The position numbers were made by a program, and so were the translations under genes. Shown here in pieces: positions 8,823 to 17,757 of a stretch of 32,000 nt of DNA. Within the stretch, counting starts at the first letter, position 1, and each line of letters begins with the position of its first letter. Below the pieces are notes generated by a model. It was not told the origin of the DNA and ran no database searches. It saw nothing but the letters and a program-made list of their open reading frames with translations. The stretch comes from an archaeon (lineage in GTDB: Archaea > Asgardarchaeota > Thorarchaeia > Thorarchaeales > Thorarchaeaceae): NCBI GenBank assembly GCA_024275415.1, contig JAJRZD010000014.1, forward strand, positions 30,001-62,000. Direction: 5' to 3'.

Positions 8823-8920
8823 CCAATCGCCCTTCTTTTCTCTTGTATCATTCCCAAAGGTAAACATTCTTGAAGGTATCGAATTGGTTGACCTATCATA
8901 CTCTGGAGATGTGGATTGGC

Positions 8921-9682
8921 ATGGAAATACGAGCGATTCTCCTTGATCTGCACCATACATTGACCACTACAAAATCATCTGTCATCGATGTGGTACGCCA
9001 AATCATGAATAATCACGGACTGGACACATCACATCTTAGTGATGCCCTGTTCGTCGCTGCCTTAGATAAGGCAGACCAAGTAATGGCGTCCTATCAGGTA
9101 TCGAACAATGTTGGTCCTCACTGGGGAGCGGATCCTGAGGATTGGTTGATGTTCGACAGGATTTTCCTTGAGGAGTTGGGTTTTCATGGTTTCACGGATG
9201 ATGATATTCTCACTATTGAGAATGAGTTCAAAGCTATTACCCGTGACAGTGATTGGGAATACTTTACTGAGGACGCATTGTCAGCGATCAGGACACTTCA
9301 TGCTATGGGTTTCACTCTTGGGATATGTACGAAACGGAACGACAACCCTCAGGGGTTCCTATCACGAAGCAAAGTAGCAGACCTCTTCGAAACAGTTCAG
9401 TGGTCTGGGGTGGCGGGCTATGCCAAGCCAAGTCCCTATACCTTGCTTGAGGCGGTGAAGGAGATTGGAGTGAATCCCCGTCGCTGTCTTTTTGTGGGTA
9501 ATTATGTCGGGGTTGATGTCGAAGCTGCACTCAGATGTGAGATGATTCCTGTGTTGCTCTCATGGGCAAACCCTCGTGAAGCCGACAAAGCCCCGCCAGA
9601 ATGCATTGTATTGGACAAGCCTACTGATCTTGTAGAATGGATTCGTTCACAGTCCCCTCATCTCCGACAGGATTCGGAGTAG
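8921..9682 (+). CDS. HAD-superfamily hydrolase with variant motifs
   Basis: AILLDLHHTL (motif I), GICTK (II), AKPSP (III), FVGNYVGVD (IV). Start placed at ATG 8921, just before motif I. Confidence 0.75.
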   Translation: MEIRAILLDLHHTLTTTKSSVIDVVRQIMNNHGLDTSHLSDALFVAALDKADQVMASYQVSNNVGPHWGADPEDWLMFDRIFLEELGFHGFTDDDILTIENEFKAITRDSDWEYFTEDALSAIRTLHAMGFTLGICTKRNDNPQGFLSRSKVADLFETVQWSGVAGYAKPSPYTLLEAVKEIGVNPRRCLFVGNYVGVDVEAALRCEMIPVLLSWANPREADKAPPECIVLDKPTDLVEWIRSQSPHLRQDSE

Positions 9683-10955
9683 GTTTCTCCTGTTTGGCGA
9701 AAAGTCGATTCCTCAGGTTTCTGAATCGGATACCTATGGATTTCGTGAATGCCATTACCAGCCGTGCCGGGAGTACGGCGAATCCAAGAACGATCCTCAT
9801 CGCCTTGGATTTCATAGTACCTTTCTCTGGGTATCCGATGTAGGCGAGTGTATGTTCCTGTAGAATATCCTGCAAAGCGACTGCAAAGGCCTGTGTCACG
9901 ACATTTGAGAGACCCAGCCCTTTGAAGACATCGTTCTCGCTGAACTCTTTCCTATCGATTACGCTTTTCCATTTGATGTACTTGGCTTTCTCGATGATGT
10001 CATTGAGGGCATAGACAAGTTCTCCTAGATACGGTGCTAGTGTTTGTTCAACAACTGTCGGCTCAGGACTTGAATTGAATTCGTGATATATCTGTTTGGC
10101 GGGCTCAAGTCCTCGTACAGGTGGCTTGAACCAGAGGATGTGCAAAAGCCCTTCAACCTCACGTAGTTTCCCATTCATCCGCCTTTCGAGTTCTGCTGGT
10201 ATCTTGTCTTGCACGACTTCCTTTGCCTTGGAGAAGGCGTTCATATGGAGTTCTTTCCATGTCCTCTCCAGATCGATTACCGCCTTTGCGTATCTATAGA
10301 ACTTGAAGTCAAGAGCGTGTTCGATATCCTCAGTTGTGAGCACGATGATTTCATTGGTACTGTATGTAAGTCCTCCTGACGCCATCTCCCATAGTCGCTG
10401 GTTCATGTCAAGTGGGTGCCTTTTATCCCGCGGGATTTCTAAGCGCATGGCATGGTCGCCAGGCTGAGCTACAATGTAACAGTGGTTCAGGACATCTTCT
10501 ACCGAATCGAACATCGTCAGTTCGGTGGGGAGCAGATCCATTGCACCATGACCGGTCGTTGACCAGCAGATCATTCTCCCAGTTTCGTTATCTCTTTCGA
10601 TGATGACCCTCTCTTTATCTCCCAGATGGTCAAACTGGTCTGTGAGGCCCTTACTGTATGCCATAATCCCATAGAGCACGAACCTCTCCTTGTTTGGCAA
10701 GAGTCCTGGCATTTTGAGGATGAACCCAATCGTATCAAGCGGCTTTCCAGAGGACAACCATGCACCAGTTGCTTGATTCCATTCCCAGCGGTCTCCAAGC
10801 TTGTAAAATATCTCTCTGAGGGTTTCCAGATCCTTCGCCTCTTTTGCCTTTTGCAGTGTCTGAGCTTCCCATTGTTCATACTCCCTCTTCATTTTGAGCA
10901 TGCTTTTGCGCTCGATTTCGAGCCAGCTAGATTCAATCTTGAGACTTACTTTCAT
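9621..10955 (-). CDS. Hypothetical protein, 444 aa (possible NPP1/Vps62-like motif)
   Basis: Long open frame with natural composition; overlaps the HAD 3' end convergently by 62 nt; family uncertain. Confidence 0.7.
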   Translation of the reverse strand: MKVSLKIESSWLEIERKSMLKMKREYEQWEAQTLQKAKEAKDLETLREIFYKLGDRWEWNQATGAWLSSGKPLDTIGFILKMPGLLPNKERFVLYGIMAYSKGLTDQFDHLGDKERVIIERDNETGRMICWSTTGHGAMDLLPTELTMFDSVEDVLNHCYIVAQPGDHAMRLEIPRDKRHPLDMNQRLWEMASGGLTYSTNEIIVLTTEDIEHALDFKFYRYAKAVIDLERTWKELHMNAFSKAKEVVQDKIPAELERRMNGKLREVEGLLHILWFKPPVRGLEPAKQIYHEFNSSPEPTVVEQTLAPYLGELVYALNDIIEKAKYIKWKSVIDRKEFSENDVFKGLGLSNVVTQAFAVALQDILQEHTLAYIGYPEKGTMKSKAMRIVLGFAVLPARLVMAFTKSIGIRFRNLRNRLFAKQEKPTPNPVGDEGTVNESILQDQ

Positions 10956-11049
10956 CAGGGCTTCACACTGGGCTTTTTTCTGTAATCATCGAGGTCTTCA
11001 ATTTCACATCAGCTTAGAACCACATATGCATATCGTTGTTAGTACTACA

Positions 11050-12024
11050 TTAAGAACCGGGAATGACCGATAATATCTCTTCGATAACGTCTCGCAAGTA
11101 CTCCAATCTATCTGGAGTTTCAATGAATGTACTCGTATTTCTGAGATTTACATTCCTATGTATATATGTCAGTTCCATAGTCCGTTCATTGTGGTTCGCT
11201 ATCACCCAGTCCGAAATCTCTCTCTGAAACAACCTGTTTTTGATAGATTCAATTATTCTGGTATCAGCCTCAATAACGAGCCTCTCATTATCTTTGGATG
11301 AAATCCCTATATAATATCGGATACTGACACCGTCCACCTCTGTAGCGACAAAGAAATCATGGATTGCTCTTTTTCCATTTCTGACTTTCCAAACCACACT
11401 TTGGAGTAAGTCCATAGTCATATTGGCGAAGAGAGCCATCCTTGATGTAACAAAATACTCAAGATGTGAAAGGTCATCCTCAAAGTATCTGTACGATGGG
11501 AAGTAATTCTTTCCGTAATAATAGGATAAACTGCTAAGGACACCTAGCACTATTCCGGAACTCAGACTCGTAATTTCACAGTAACCATTGAAGAGGACAA
11601 AAGCTGTACTGAACACAGTCCAGATTATTATAGAGAACCAGACAAGATCCATTATGTCGTCTATTTCTGCATCATCTGCCTTCATGGCCTGATAATGGAA
11701 CCCCTCGAAGATTCTTTGGATATCTGAATTATGGGTTTCTTGAATCTCATCTTCCCATCCTTCACCGAGTAACGCGGGATCCTGAAGATACAATGCTGTC
11801 CTTGCGTTTTCGCCCAGCTGATTAGAATAGCGTGTGTAGAACAGTCCCGTAAGTAACTGAATTGCGGCGAAGAGAATTGCAGCGAGCAGCGGGATCTCGG
11901 TAGTACAAACGATTGCTACTATTATACTATAGACTGCGACTACTGGCACATTAAGAATGATGAACCTCCGGTCATGCCAACTCACTTCCGACGAGTCTAT
12001 TATGACCTGCTCATGGGTTGACAT
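11050..12024 (-). CDS. Hypothetical membrane protein (about 4 TM segments plus soluble C-terminal domain)
   Basis: Two pairs of hydrophobic stretches (about aa 21-62 and 127-170) separated by an acidic loop; no family recognised. Confidence 0.7.
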   Translation of the reverse strand: MSTHEQVIIDSSEVSWHDRRFIILNVPVVAVYSIIVAIVCTTEIPLLAAILFAAIQLLTGLFYTRYSNQLGENARTALYLQDPALLGEGWEDEIQETHNSDIQRIFEGFHYQAMKADDAEIDDIMDLVWFSIIIWTVFSTAFVLFNGYCEITSLSSGIVLGVLSSLSYYYGKNYFPSYRYFEDDLSHLEYFVTSRMALFANMTMDLLQSVVWKVRNGKRAIHDFFVATEVDGVSIRYYIGISSKDNERLVIEADTRIIESIKNRLFQREISDWVIANHNERTMELTYIHRNVNLRNTSTFIETPDRLEYLRDVIEEILSVIPGS

Positions 12025-12057
12025 GTCCCTCCCTTCCAGTGGGCACCTTCAACTGTT

Positions 12058-12615
12058 CTAATCGATGAAGAACACATCACCTTGATTCTCATATGCAAAT
12101 ACGCGAACATGCATATTATTCTCTAAGACATGACATGCATCTTTCACTTTGACTATTGCTATGTTCATCCTGTGATATGCAGCTGCAGCGAACTCGCTAA
12201 CAGAATCACCAAATTCGGATATCACGGCCGAAACATTGCTCATCAGAATGTCGAGGTCGCCAGGATTATCGATGAAATGCTGTTCCATGTCGTGATGTAA
12301 TACGGCAATCTCATCAGATGCCCATTCCCGTTCGAGATCCTTCTTCTCGCAGATCAATACTACTCTTCCACTAAACTCGCCACTCTCTCCCACAGACTCT
12401 CCTCTCAGAATAGGAAATGTCGGAGCACTCTGGGTATTTGAATCACCTGGTGACATTTGATGCACCTCATCTTCATATGCTTTTGTGAATACCTGCCTAT
12501 AATGTTTCGGGCACTCCCTATATTGCTTTTTTTCATATAGGTACAGTATGAACTCGCCCGATATATCCCACCTAATCAATCCAAACATTGTCACTACCTG
12601 CTTTTGGATATACAT
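12058..12615 (-). CDS. PEP-utilising enzyme mobile (swivel) domain protein, degenerate
   Basis: LRGESVGESGEFSGRVVLI...DEIAVL...SAVISEFGDSVSEFAAAAYHRMNIAIVKVKDACHVLENNMHVRV follows the swivel-domain pattern. The start may be at a downstream Met (MFGLIRW). Confidence 0.6.
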   Translation of the reverse strand: MYIQKQVVTMFGLIRWDISGEFILYLYEKKQYRECPKHYRQVFTKAYEDEVHQMSPGDSNTQSAPTFPILRGESVGESGEFSGRVVLICEKKDLEREWASDEIAVLHHDMEQHFIDNPGDLDILMSNVSAVISEFGDSVSEFAAAAYHRMNIAIVKVKDACHVLENNMHVRVFAYENQGDVFFID

Positions 12616-12664
12616 GTACGAAATCTAATATTGGAATTCATCTCTTGGTGTCGTGGTGATGTCC

Positions 12665-13192
12665 ATGGTCATCTTTGAATTCGAAGGTAGGATACCGTGT
12701 ATCGGAGAGAACTCGTATATCAGTCACGATGCAACAGTGATTGGCAAGGTCACGATTGGAACAAACTGCTACGTTGCTCCAGGTGCTGTCATCAAGGGGG
12801 ATTACGGAGAAATTAGAATCGGTGATGGATGCAGTGTTCAAGATAACGTGGTAATCCATGCAAGACCTGATGAGTCCACGACCATTGGCAACAACGTGAC
12901 TCTTGGTCATGGTTGCATCGTACACAATGCGACAATCGAGGATGATGCCGTGATCGGTATGGGCGCGATAGTGTCCGATTATGTCACTATTAGGAGGTGG
13001 GCTGTTGTGGGGGAGGGCGCAGTCGTAAAGGCGCGTTTTGAGGTGCCTGAAGAAAAGATAGTGGTAGGCGTACCTGCAAAGATCATCGGTGATGTTCAAG
13101 AACACCACAAGGAGGAACTCCTCCGCTTCAAGAGGATATATCGTGGTCTTGCAAGAAGGTATCCTACAGGTTTGAGAAAAATATCCGACTAG
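12665..13192 (+). CDS. Gamma-carbonic-anhydrase-family hexapeptide-repeat protein (YrdA/CaiE/PaaY-like)
   Basis: Hexapeptide repeats; IKGDYGEIRIG..CSVQDNVVIH and TLGHGCIVH (three Zn-ligand His). Start at ATG 12665 after a GGTGA SD. Confidence 0.9.
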   Translation: MVIFEFEGRIPCIGENSYISHDATVIGKVTIGTNCYVAPGAVIKGDYGEIRIGDGCSVQDNVVIHARPDESTTIGNNVTLGHGCIVHNATIEDDAVIGMGAIVSDYVTIRRWAVVGEGAVVKARFEVPEEKIVVGVPAKIIGDVQEHHKEELLRFKRIYRGLARRYPTGLRKISD

Positions 13193-13198
13193 GTTTGG

Positions 13199-13220
13199 GA
13201 AGGGACTTTCGTCCCTTCTT
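13199..13220. terminator. Hairpin between convergent genes (possible bidirectional terminator)
   Basis: GAAGGGAC-TTTC-GTCCCTTC, a perfect 8-bp stem (GAAA tetraloop on the minus strand), between stops at 13192 and 13223. Confidence 0.6.
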
Positions 13221-13222
13221 GT

Positions 13223-13978
13223 TCATACGAGTGAGATGAGTCTGTCTCTGTTGAATCTGGTTATGGCTAATGTCCATGAAATCGCAAAGAGAATGATTGC
13301 GATGACCAATGTCAGAACATTGGCAAACCAAATCATACCAACATCAACGATACCTGAATCATCCATTCCAGCTAAAGGCAATATCATTGGTATGATGAAA
13401 GTCATGACGACTGCACCAGTTGTCTGGTAAGCCTCGTATACCCTTGTGACCCTTCCACTGATTAGGATCATAACTGCGACAATTGCGAAAATCGTTAAGG
13501 GAACCGCTGTTGATAGAAGGAATAGTCCAGGAAGGTCTGGTACCAGAATCAGCGGGTACCCAAGGATTGCTAGGAATAGGTTGGTGACCACCTCTGCTAT
13601 AACAACACTGCTGACAAGGATTATCAGACTTGGGAGCGCTGAGCCTAAGACCTTTCCCCATAGCAGTTCTCTATCCGTAAGCGGTGTGCACAATAGGGGT
13701 TCCAATGTGTTCTGTTCTCTTTCACCAACTAGAGCATTTGCAGCAAGCATCGTTGTAGGAATGACGGCGAAGATTGCCAGCATCGAACTCATATACGGCA
13801 ATATGAGCTGGATGACCTCGTTGAATACAGTTGGTGTAGTGACCAGTGCCATGCCAACTACTGTGAGGATAACCAATGCAGGACCAAAAACTGCTGCGAG
13901 CACTATCCCATATTTTACGAATTTGACAGTGAGAGCATTCCTGATATCCCACATTGCAACTACCATAGACTTGTTCAT
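13223..13978 (-). CDS. ABC-2 type transporter permease
   Basis: About 6 TM segments; ALVGEREQNTLEPLLCTPLTDRELLWGK signature; start overlaps the ATPase stop codon. Confidence 0.9.
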   Translation of the reverse strand: MNKSMVVAMWDIRNALTVKFVKYGIVLAAVFGPALVILTVVGMALVTTPTVFNEVIQLILPYMSSMLAIFAVIPTTMLAANALVGEREQNTLEPLLCTPLTDRELLWGKVLGSALPSLIILVSSVVIAEVVTNLFLAILGYPLILVPDLPGLFLLSTAVPLTIFAIVAVMILISGRVTRVYEAYQTTGAVVMTFIIPMILPLAGMDDSGIVDVGMIWFANVLTLVIAIILFAISWTLAITRFNRDRLISLV

Positions 13979-14928
13979 TACTGGGCACCTCCCTTGATGA
14001 CCTTGAGGTATAGGTCCTCCAGTGTTGCTTCTTCTTCACTGAACTCAACAACATTCACGCCAGCATCTATCATCGCCTTGAGGAGTTTCACATTATTCTG
14101 TACTGGATTCTCTATCTCGACTACAATACTGTCTATTTCGGTTTTGCTTGACTTGACAAACTCTTGGGATTTTGCAATCCTCTCCGCCGCATTGACATCT
14201 CCGTGCACAAGGATTCTGTAACGCTGTTGTGAGTAGAGAGTCGACCGTAATTCCTCCATCTTGCCATGTAAGAGAACCTTTCCTTCATCAATGATAGCAA
14301 TCTGATCACACATCCTTTGTACCTCCGGTAGATTGTGCGAGTTGATGAATACAGTCTGATTGTACTCGCTTGCCAGATTCAATATCAGCTCTCGTACCCT
14401 CTTTGCTGCAATCGGATCCAACGCGCTTGTAGGTTCATCCAGTAGAAGAATGGATGGGTTATGCAATAGTGCTCTACAAAGTGCTAATCTTTGCCGGTTG
14501 CCAGTACTGAGCTCTCCTGCCTTGTCATCCTTCCGTTGCCACAGTTCCATGAATTCAAGCAGGGTTCGAACCCGTTCTTCTATCTCCTCTTCAGGCACGC
14601 CATATAATTTTGCAAAATAGACAAGATTGTCGTATGTAGACCTCGATGGATAATGGGTGTGATTCGATTCCTCGGGTAGCACGCCCGTTTTCTCACGCAC
14701 GGCCACAGGTTCTCTCAACACATCATGTCCCGCCAACTCTGCTGTTCCTTTGGTTGGTTTTAGCAGAGTGGAAAGGAGTCTAGTTGTTGTACTCTTGCCT
14801 GCCCCGTTAGGTCCTAACAATCCAAAAATAGTACCTTCGGGAATCTCCAGTGTCATATCATTAACAGCGACAAGTTCGCCAAAGTTCTTGGTTAGGTGAA
14901 TTATTCTTACAGCTCCCAATTTGACCAC
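13978..14928 (-). CDS. ABC transporter ATP-binding protein (ABC-2/DrrA-like exporter)
   Basis: GPNGAGKST, LSTGNRQ signature, ILLLDEP, INSH. The start may be TTG at 14919. Confidence 0.92.
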   Translation of the reverse strand: MVKLGAVRIIHLTKNFGELVAVNDMTLEIPEGTIFGLLGPNGAGKSTTTRLLSTLLKPTKGTAELAGHDVLREPVAVREKTGVLPEESNHTHYPSRSTYDNLVYFAKLYGVPEEEIEERVRTLLEFMELWQRKDDKAGELSTGNRQRLALCRALLHNPSILLLDEPTSALDPIAAKRVRELILNLASEYNQTVFINSHNLPEVQRMCDQIAIIDEGKVLLHGKMEELRSTLYSQQRYRILVHGDVNAAERIAKSQEFVKSSKTEIDSIVVEIENPVQNNVKLLKAMIDAGVNVVEFSEEEATLEDLYLKVIKGGAQ

Positions 14929-15024
14929 CTTCTTTCGAAACTGGACTTTTCAGGACTAAACTAGTCCAACCTTGCTGGTATTGCGTACGCAAAAAAGGCA
15001 ATCGGCTACTGCATAATCTTTGGT

Positions 15025-15276
15025 CTAAGTTGAGATCATCTTCTCAACCACTGCCGTGGTCGTTTCTTCGATTCCTTCGATTTTATGGATTCGATTCACG
15101 GTGATGTCATACAATGCTTCAAGATTTCTGACCTCTAGAAGTATCACCACATCATATTCACCTGTCGTCACCGCGATTCTGACCGCCTCATCAATCTCTC
15201 TTAACCTCTCTAAGACCTGATCAGTGAATCCCAGCTTGATTCTCATCAGTACATATGCCAATACGTCATCTGTCAT
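15025..15276 (-). CDS. Stand-alone Lrp/AsnC ligand-binding (RAM) domain protein
   Basis: 83 aa; LAYVLMRI...V...TTGEYDVVILLEV.NLEAL...I.KIEGIEETTT; no HTH; GAGGT SD. Confidence 0.85.
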   Translation of the reverse strand: MTDDVLAYVLMRIKLGFTDQVLERLREIDEAVRIAVTTGEYDVVILLEVRNLEALYDITVNRIHKIEGIEETTTAVVEKMIST

Positions 15277-15292
15277 TGTTCATACCTCATTA

Positions 15293-16555
15293 TCACCGAT
15301 AATCTTTCAGAACTATCATCGTTTCGACACTTGCGACCTCAGGAATCCTCTGAATCTTCTTTAAGATTCTCTCCCTTGTTTTCCCTAGGCTCCTGCTCTT
15401 TATGGAAAGGATATAATCATATGTTCCCGCAACGGCTGCTGCTGATTCGACGCCTTTGATGTCGAACAGTTCCGGCAGAATATCTCCAGTCAGCTGTTTG
15501 ACCCTTACCGTGACCAATGACCTGACCTCGGAAGCTTGCAGTGCAATCACTCCGATCATGACCAATGAGATGCCCATTATCTTCAGGATCCACAGGAATG
15601 CATCCGACTCGATCATGCCAAAGGCCCCAGGAATTAACAAATTTCCAATAAGCATCATAGGAATCCCCAGTACAACAGAGATTGACGAGAGGGAGTTCAC
15701 AATGGACATAGACCCTCGCCCCAATGCTCTGACGTAGAATATCAACGAAAGGAAGATGGTAATCGATGACCCAATGATTAGACCCGAGAACGGGCCTATG
15801 TAGAGGGACATCATCTCAAACGCATTTGGCGGAAGCAAGGGTAGCATCATGACACTCATAATGAGATTGAGCACCAGCAGGCTCCACACTCGCATATTCA
15901 ACGAGTCCACCCTCAAACCAGGCTCTATCTCATATCTCTTGGTCTTCCTCTGATAATATGTACTGAACGCCGATGAGATGTTCATAGGGACTAGCACGAT
16001 GAGAAGGGTTACAACATCAAATCCGCCTGGCTCAACGCCAACTAGCAAGACACCTATTAGTATCGAGATGATGCATTGCAATTCGATGATAGTTGGTGTA
16101 TCCTTCTCAGCCCACAGATCGCCCATCAAAAGGTAAATTATCAACAGTTGCCCGTAGGGCAGAACTGAAGACGCGTCCGTGTTGCTGATGATGAAATAGT
16201 AGAAGAAAGTAGCAATCCCTGCAAAGAGTCCTGATGCTAGAAGATACATCATCGGCTTTCGTGGAAGCATCCTAAGCCTTCCAAAGTCCGGATCCAATCT
16301 TTGACCGATTGGATATCTCCTCTGACCCTTGGTTCCTATTCGAATGCTCAAAATAACAACTGCTAAGACCGTGACCATGAAACTGATCCATTGCGCGAGG
16401 AAACCATAGATCAATGGTTCGCTCAGCACTGTATTCAATGCCACAACATCGAACCCGACAGAAACAGTCCTGAACACACCAGATCCTAGGGCAAGGATGT
16501 AAAAGACCGTGGACGCTGAGCGCTTCGCTACAGGTCTCTCGCTCTTACTACTCAT
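15293..16555 (-). CDS. EamA/DMT-family transporter fused to a C-terminal Lrp/AsnC ligand-binding domain
   Basis: About 10 hydrophobic segments in two repeats (FYVRALGRGSMSIVNSLSSISVV resembles EamA), then SLVTVRVK...VAGTYDYILSIKSRSL...IQRIPEVASVET (about 15293-15529). Confidence 0.8.
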   Translation of the reverse strand: MSSKSERPVAKRSASTVFYILALGSGVFRTVSVGFDVVALNTVLSEPLIYGFLAQWISFMVTVLAVVILSIRIGTKGQRRYPIGQRLDPDFGRLRMLPRKPMMYLLASGLFAGIATFFYYFIISNTDASSVLPYGQLLIIYLLMGDLWAEKDTPTIIELQCIISILIGVLLVGVEPGGFDVVTLLIVLVPMNISSAFSTYYQRKTKRYEIEPGLRVDSLNMRVWSLLVLNLIMSVMMLPLLPPNAFEMMSLYIGPFSGLIIGSSITIFLSLIFYVRALGRGSMSIVNSLSSISVVLGIPMMLIGNLLIPGAFGMIESDAFLWILKIMGISLVMIGVIALQASEVRSLVTVRVKQLTGDILPELFDIKGVESAAAVAGTYDYILSIKSRSLGKTRERILKKIQRIPEVASVETMIVLKDYR

Positions 16556-16621
16556 TCTGCTCCCCTGTCCGAGTTACATTGAGAGGGAATACCGTCCCCC
16601 TCGATACAAGTTCGGAAACTC

Positions 16622-17611
16622 TCATTCTTCCGAAGTCGATTGTTCTTCGTCAGAAGTGTTTTCTTCACTCTCATTCTTTTTTGCTGCTGCTCTGCGTGCT
16701 TCTTTTTCTTCATCTGTTATCGCACGCCGTGCAAGAATGAACTCGTCGAATGTCATCCGCTTCCCAGCTTTCAGCTTACCGACTGCGACATCTGCACGTT
16801 CTTGCTCGTGCTCTCGTCGTTTGATTAGCCTGTCAGAACGCTCGGAAGTCCTATGTTCTGACACATGCTTTCGGATTTTGCCTTGAATTTCGTCAATCTG
16901 ACTTCGAAGTGTTTTGAGGTTTGCTTCTCCGTCCTTTACTTTTTTCAGCCACTCAACGAAGTTCTGATGGGCAGTATCGGCATTTTTCTTATATTCTTCA
17001 AGCTGAGGCCTTATCCTGACGACTTCTTGGTGGTGAATCTGTGATTGCTCGGACAATTCCAAGACTTTTTTGTGAATTTCGGAAGCTTCCGCTTTCAGTT
17101 TTCTGGCCAACCTTCTGAGTTCCATGATACGGTCTTGTTTCTCTTTTTCTTGTCCTATCTTGACAAGCTTTTCTTCAATCCTCGCAATCTCCTCAACAAT
17201 GCTCATCTCCTCTTCACGGGAAAGCAGCTCTGTCTGTTGCCTCCATTCAAGCTCCTCTACTCTTCGTAGCATCCTGCGTTGATCACTTGATGGACTACCA
17301 ACAACAGTCCCTCGAAGATCACGGATTTCGTCATAGATGCTTTTCAGTTGAGCGTGAAGTGCTGTGCGCCTATCCTTTGCTTCAGAGATTTCTTTATTGA
17401 TGCTATCACGAGCTTCTCTCTCGGCCTTCACCGACTCGATCAGAGCTCGAACCTCTTTGTTATGCTCATCTCTGATTCTTTTGTACTCGCGCATTTGATC
17501 GCGATTTCGTCTCAAATCTTCTAGATCTTGCCTCGCCTGGGTTTTTAGCTCCCTGAGCTTGGTGCGAAGATATTCTACATTTTCTACTGTTGTTTCAGTG
17601 GCCTCTGTCAA
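16622..17611 (-). CDS. Archaeal coiled-coil protein (COG1340-like)
   Basis: 329 aa of charged heptads; LEWRQQTELLSREEE..IVEEI and FEKLKAGKRMTFDE-like (VGKLKAGKRMTFDEF) segments typical of this family; acidic tail; TTG start. Confidence 0.7.
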   Translation of the reverse strand: MTEATETTVENVEYLRTKLRELKTQARQDLEDLRRNRDQMREYKRIRDEHNKEVRALIESVKAEREARDSINKEISEAKDRRTALHAQLKSIYDEIRDLRGTVVGSPSSDQRRMLRRVEELEWRQQTELLSREEEMSIVEEIARIEEKLVKIGQEKEKQDRIMELRRLARKLKAEASEIHKKVLELSEQSQIHHQEVVRIRPQLEEYKKNADTAHQNFVEWLKKVKDGEANLKTLRSQIDEIQGKIRKHVSEHRTSERSDRLIKRREHEQERADVAVGKLKAGKRMTFDEFILARRAITDEEKEARRAAAKKNESEENTSDEEQSTSEE

Positions 17612-17757
17612 CCATACGACCTCAGAATTTCGTTTTACGAGCCCTGGGTTTCAGGACGGATTCCATATGCGGCGTATCAGGGAGAGGTAAATCTCCCGAC
17701 ATTTCTTTCCCTCAGGAGCTGTCTTAAAAACATTCTCATTCAGCAATTTAAAATCGG

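Noticed and set aside
7632-8960. Nitrite reductase NirB call, and the 46-aa N-terminal extension
   Set aside because: No BFD-like [2Fe-2S] or siroheme domains are present; the extension precedes the Rossmann start and overlaps the divergent HAD frame.
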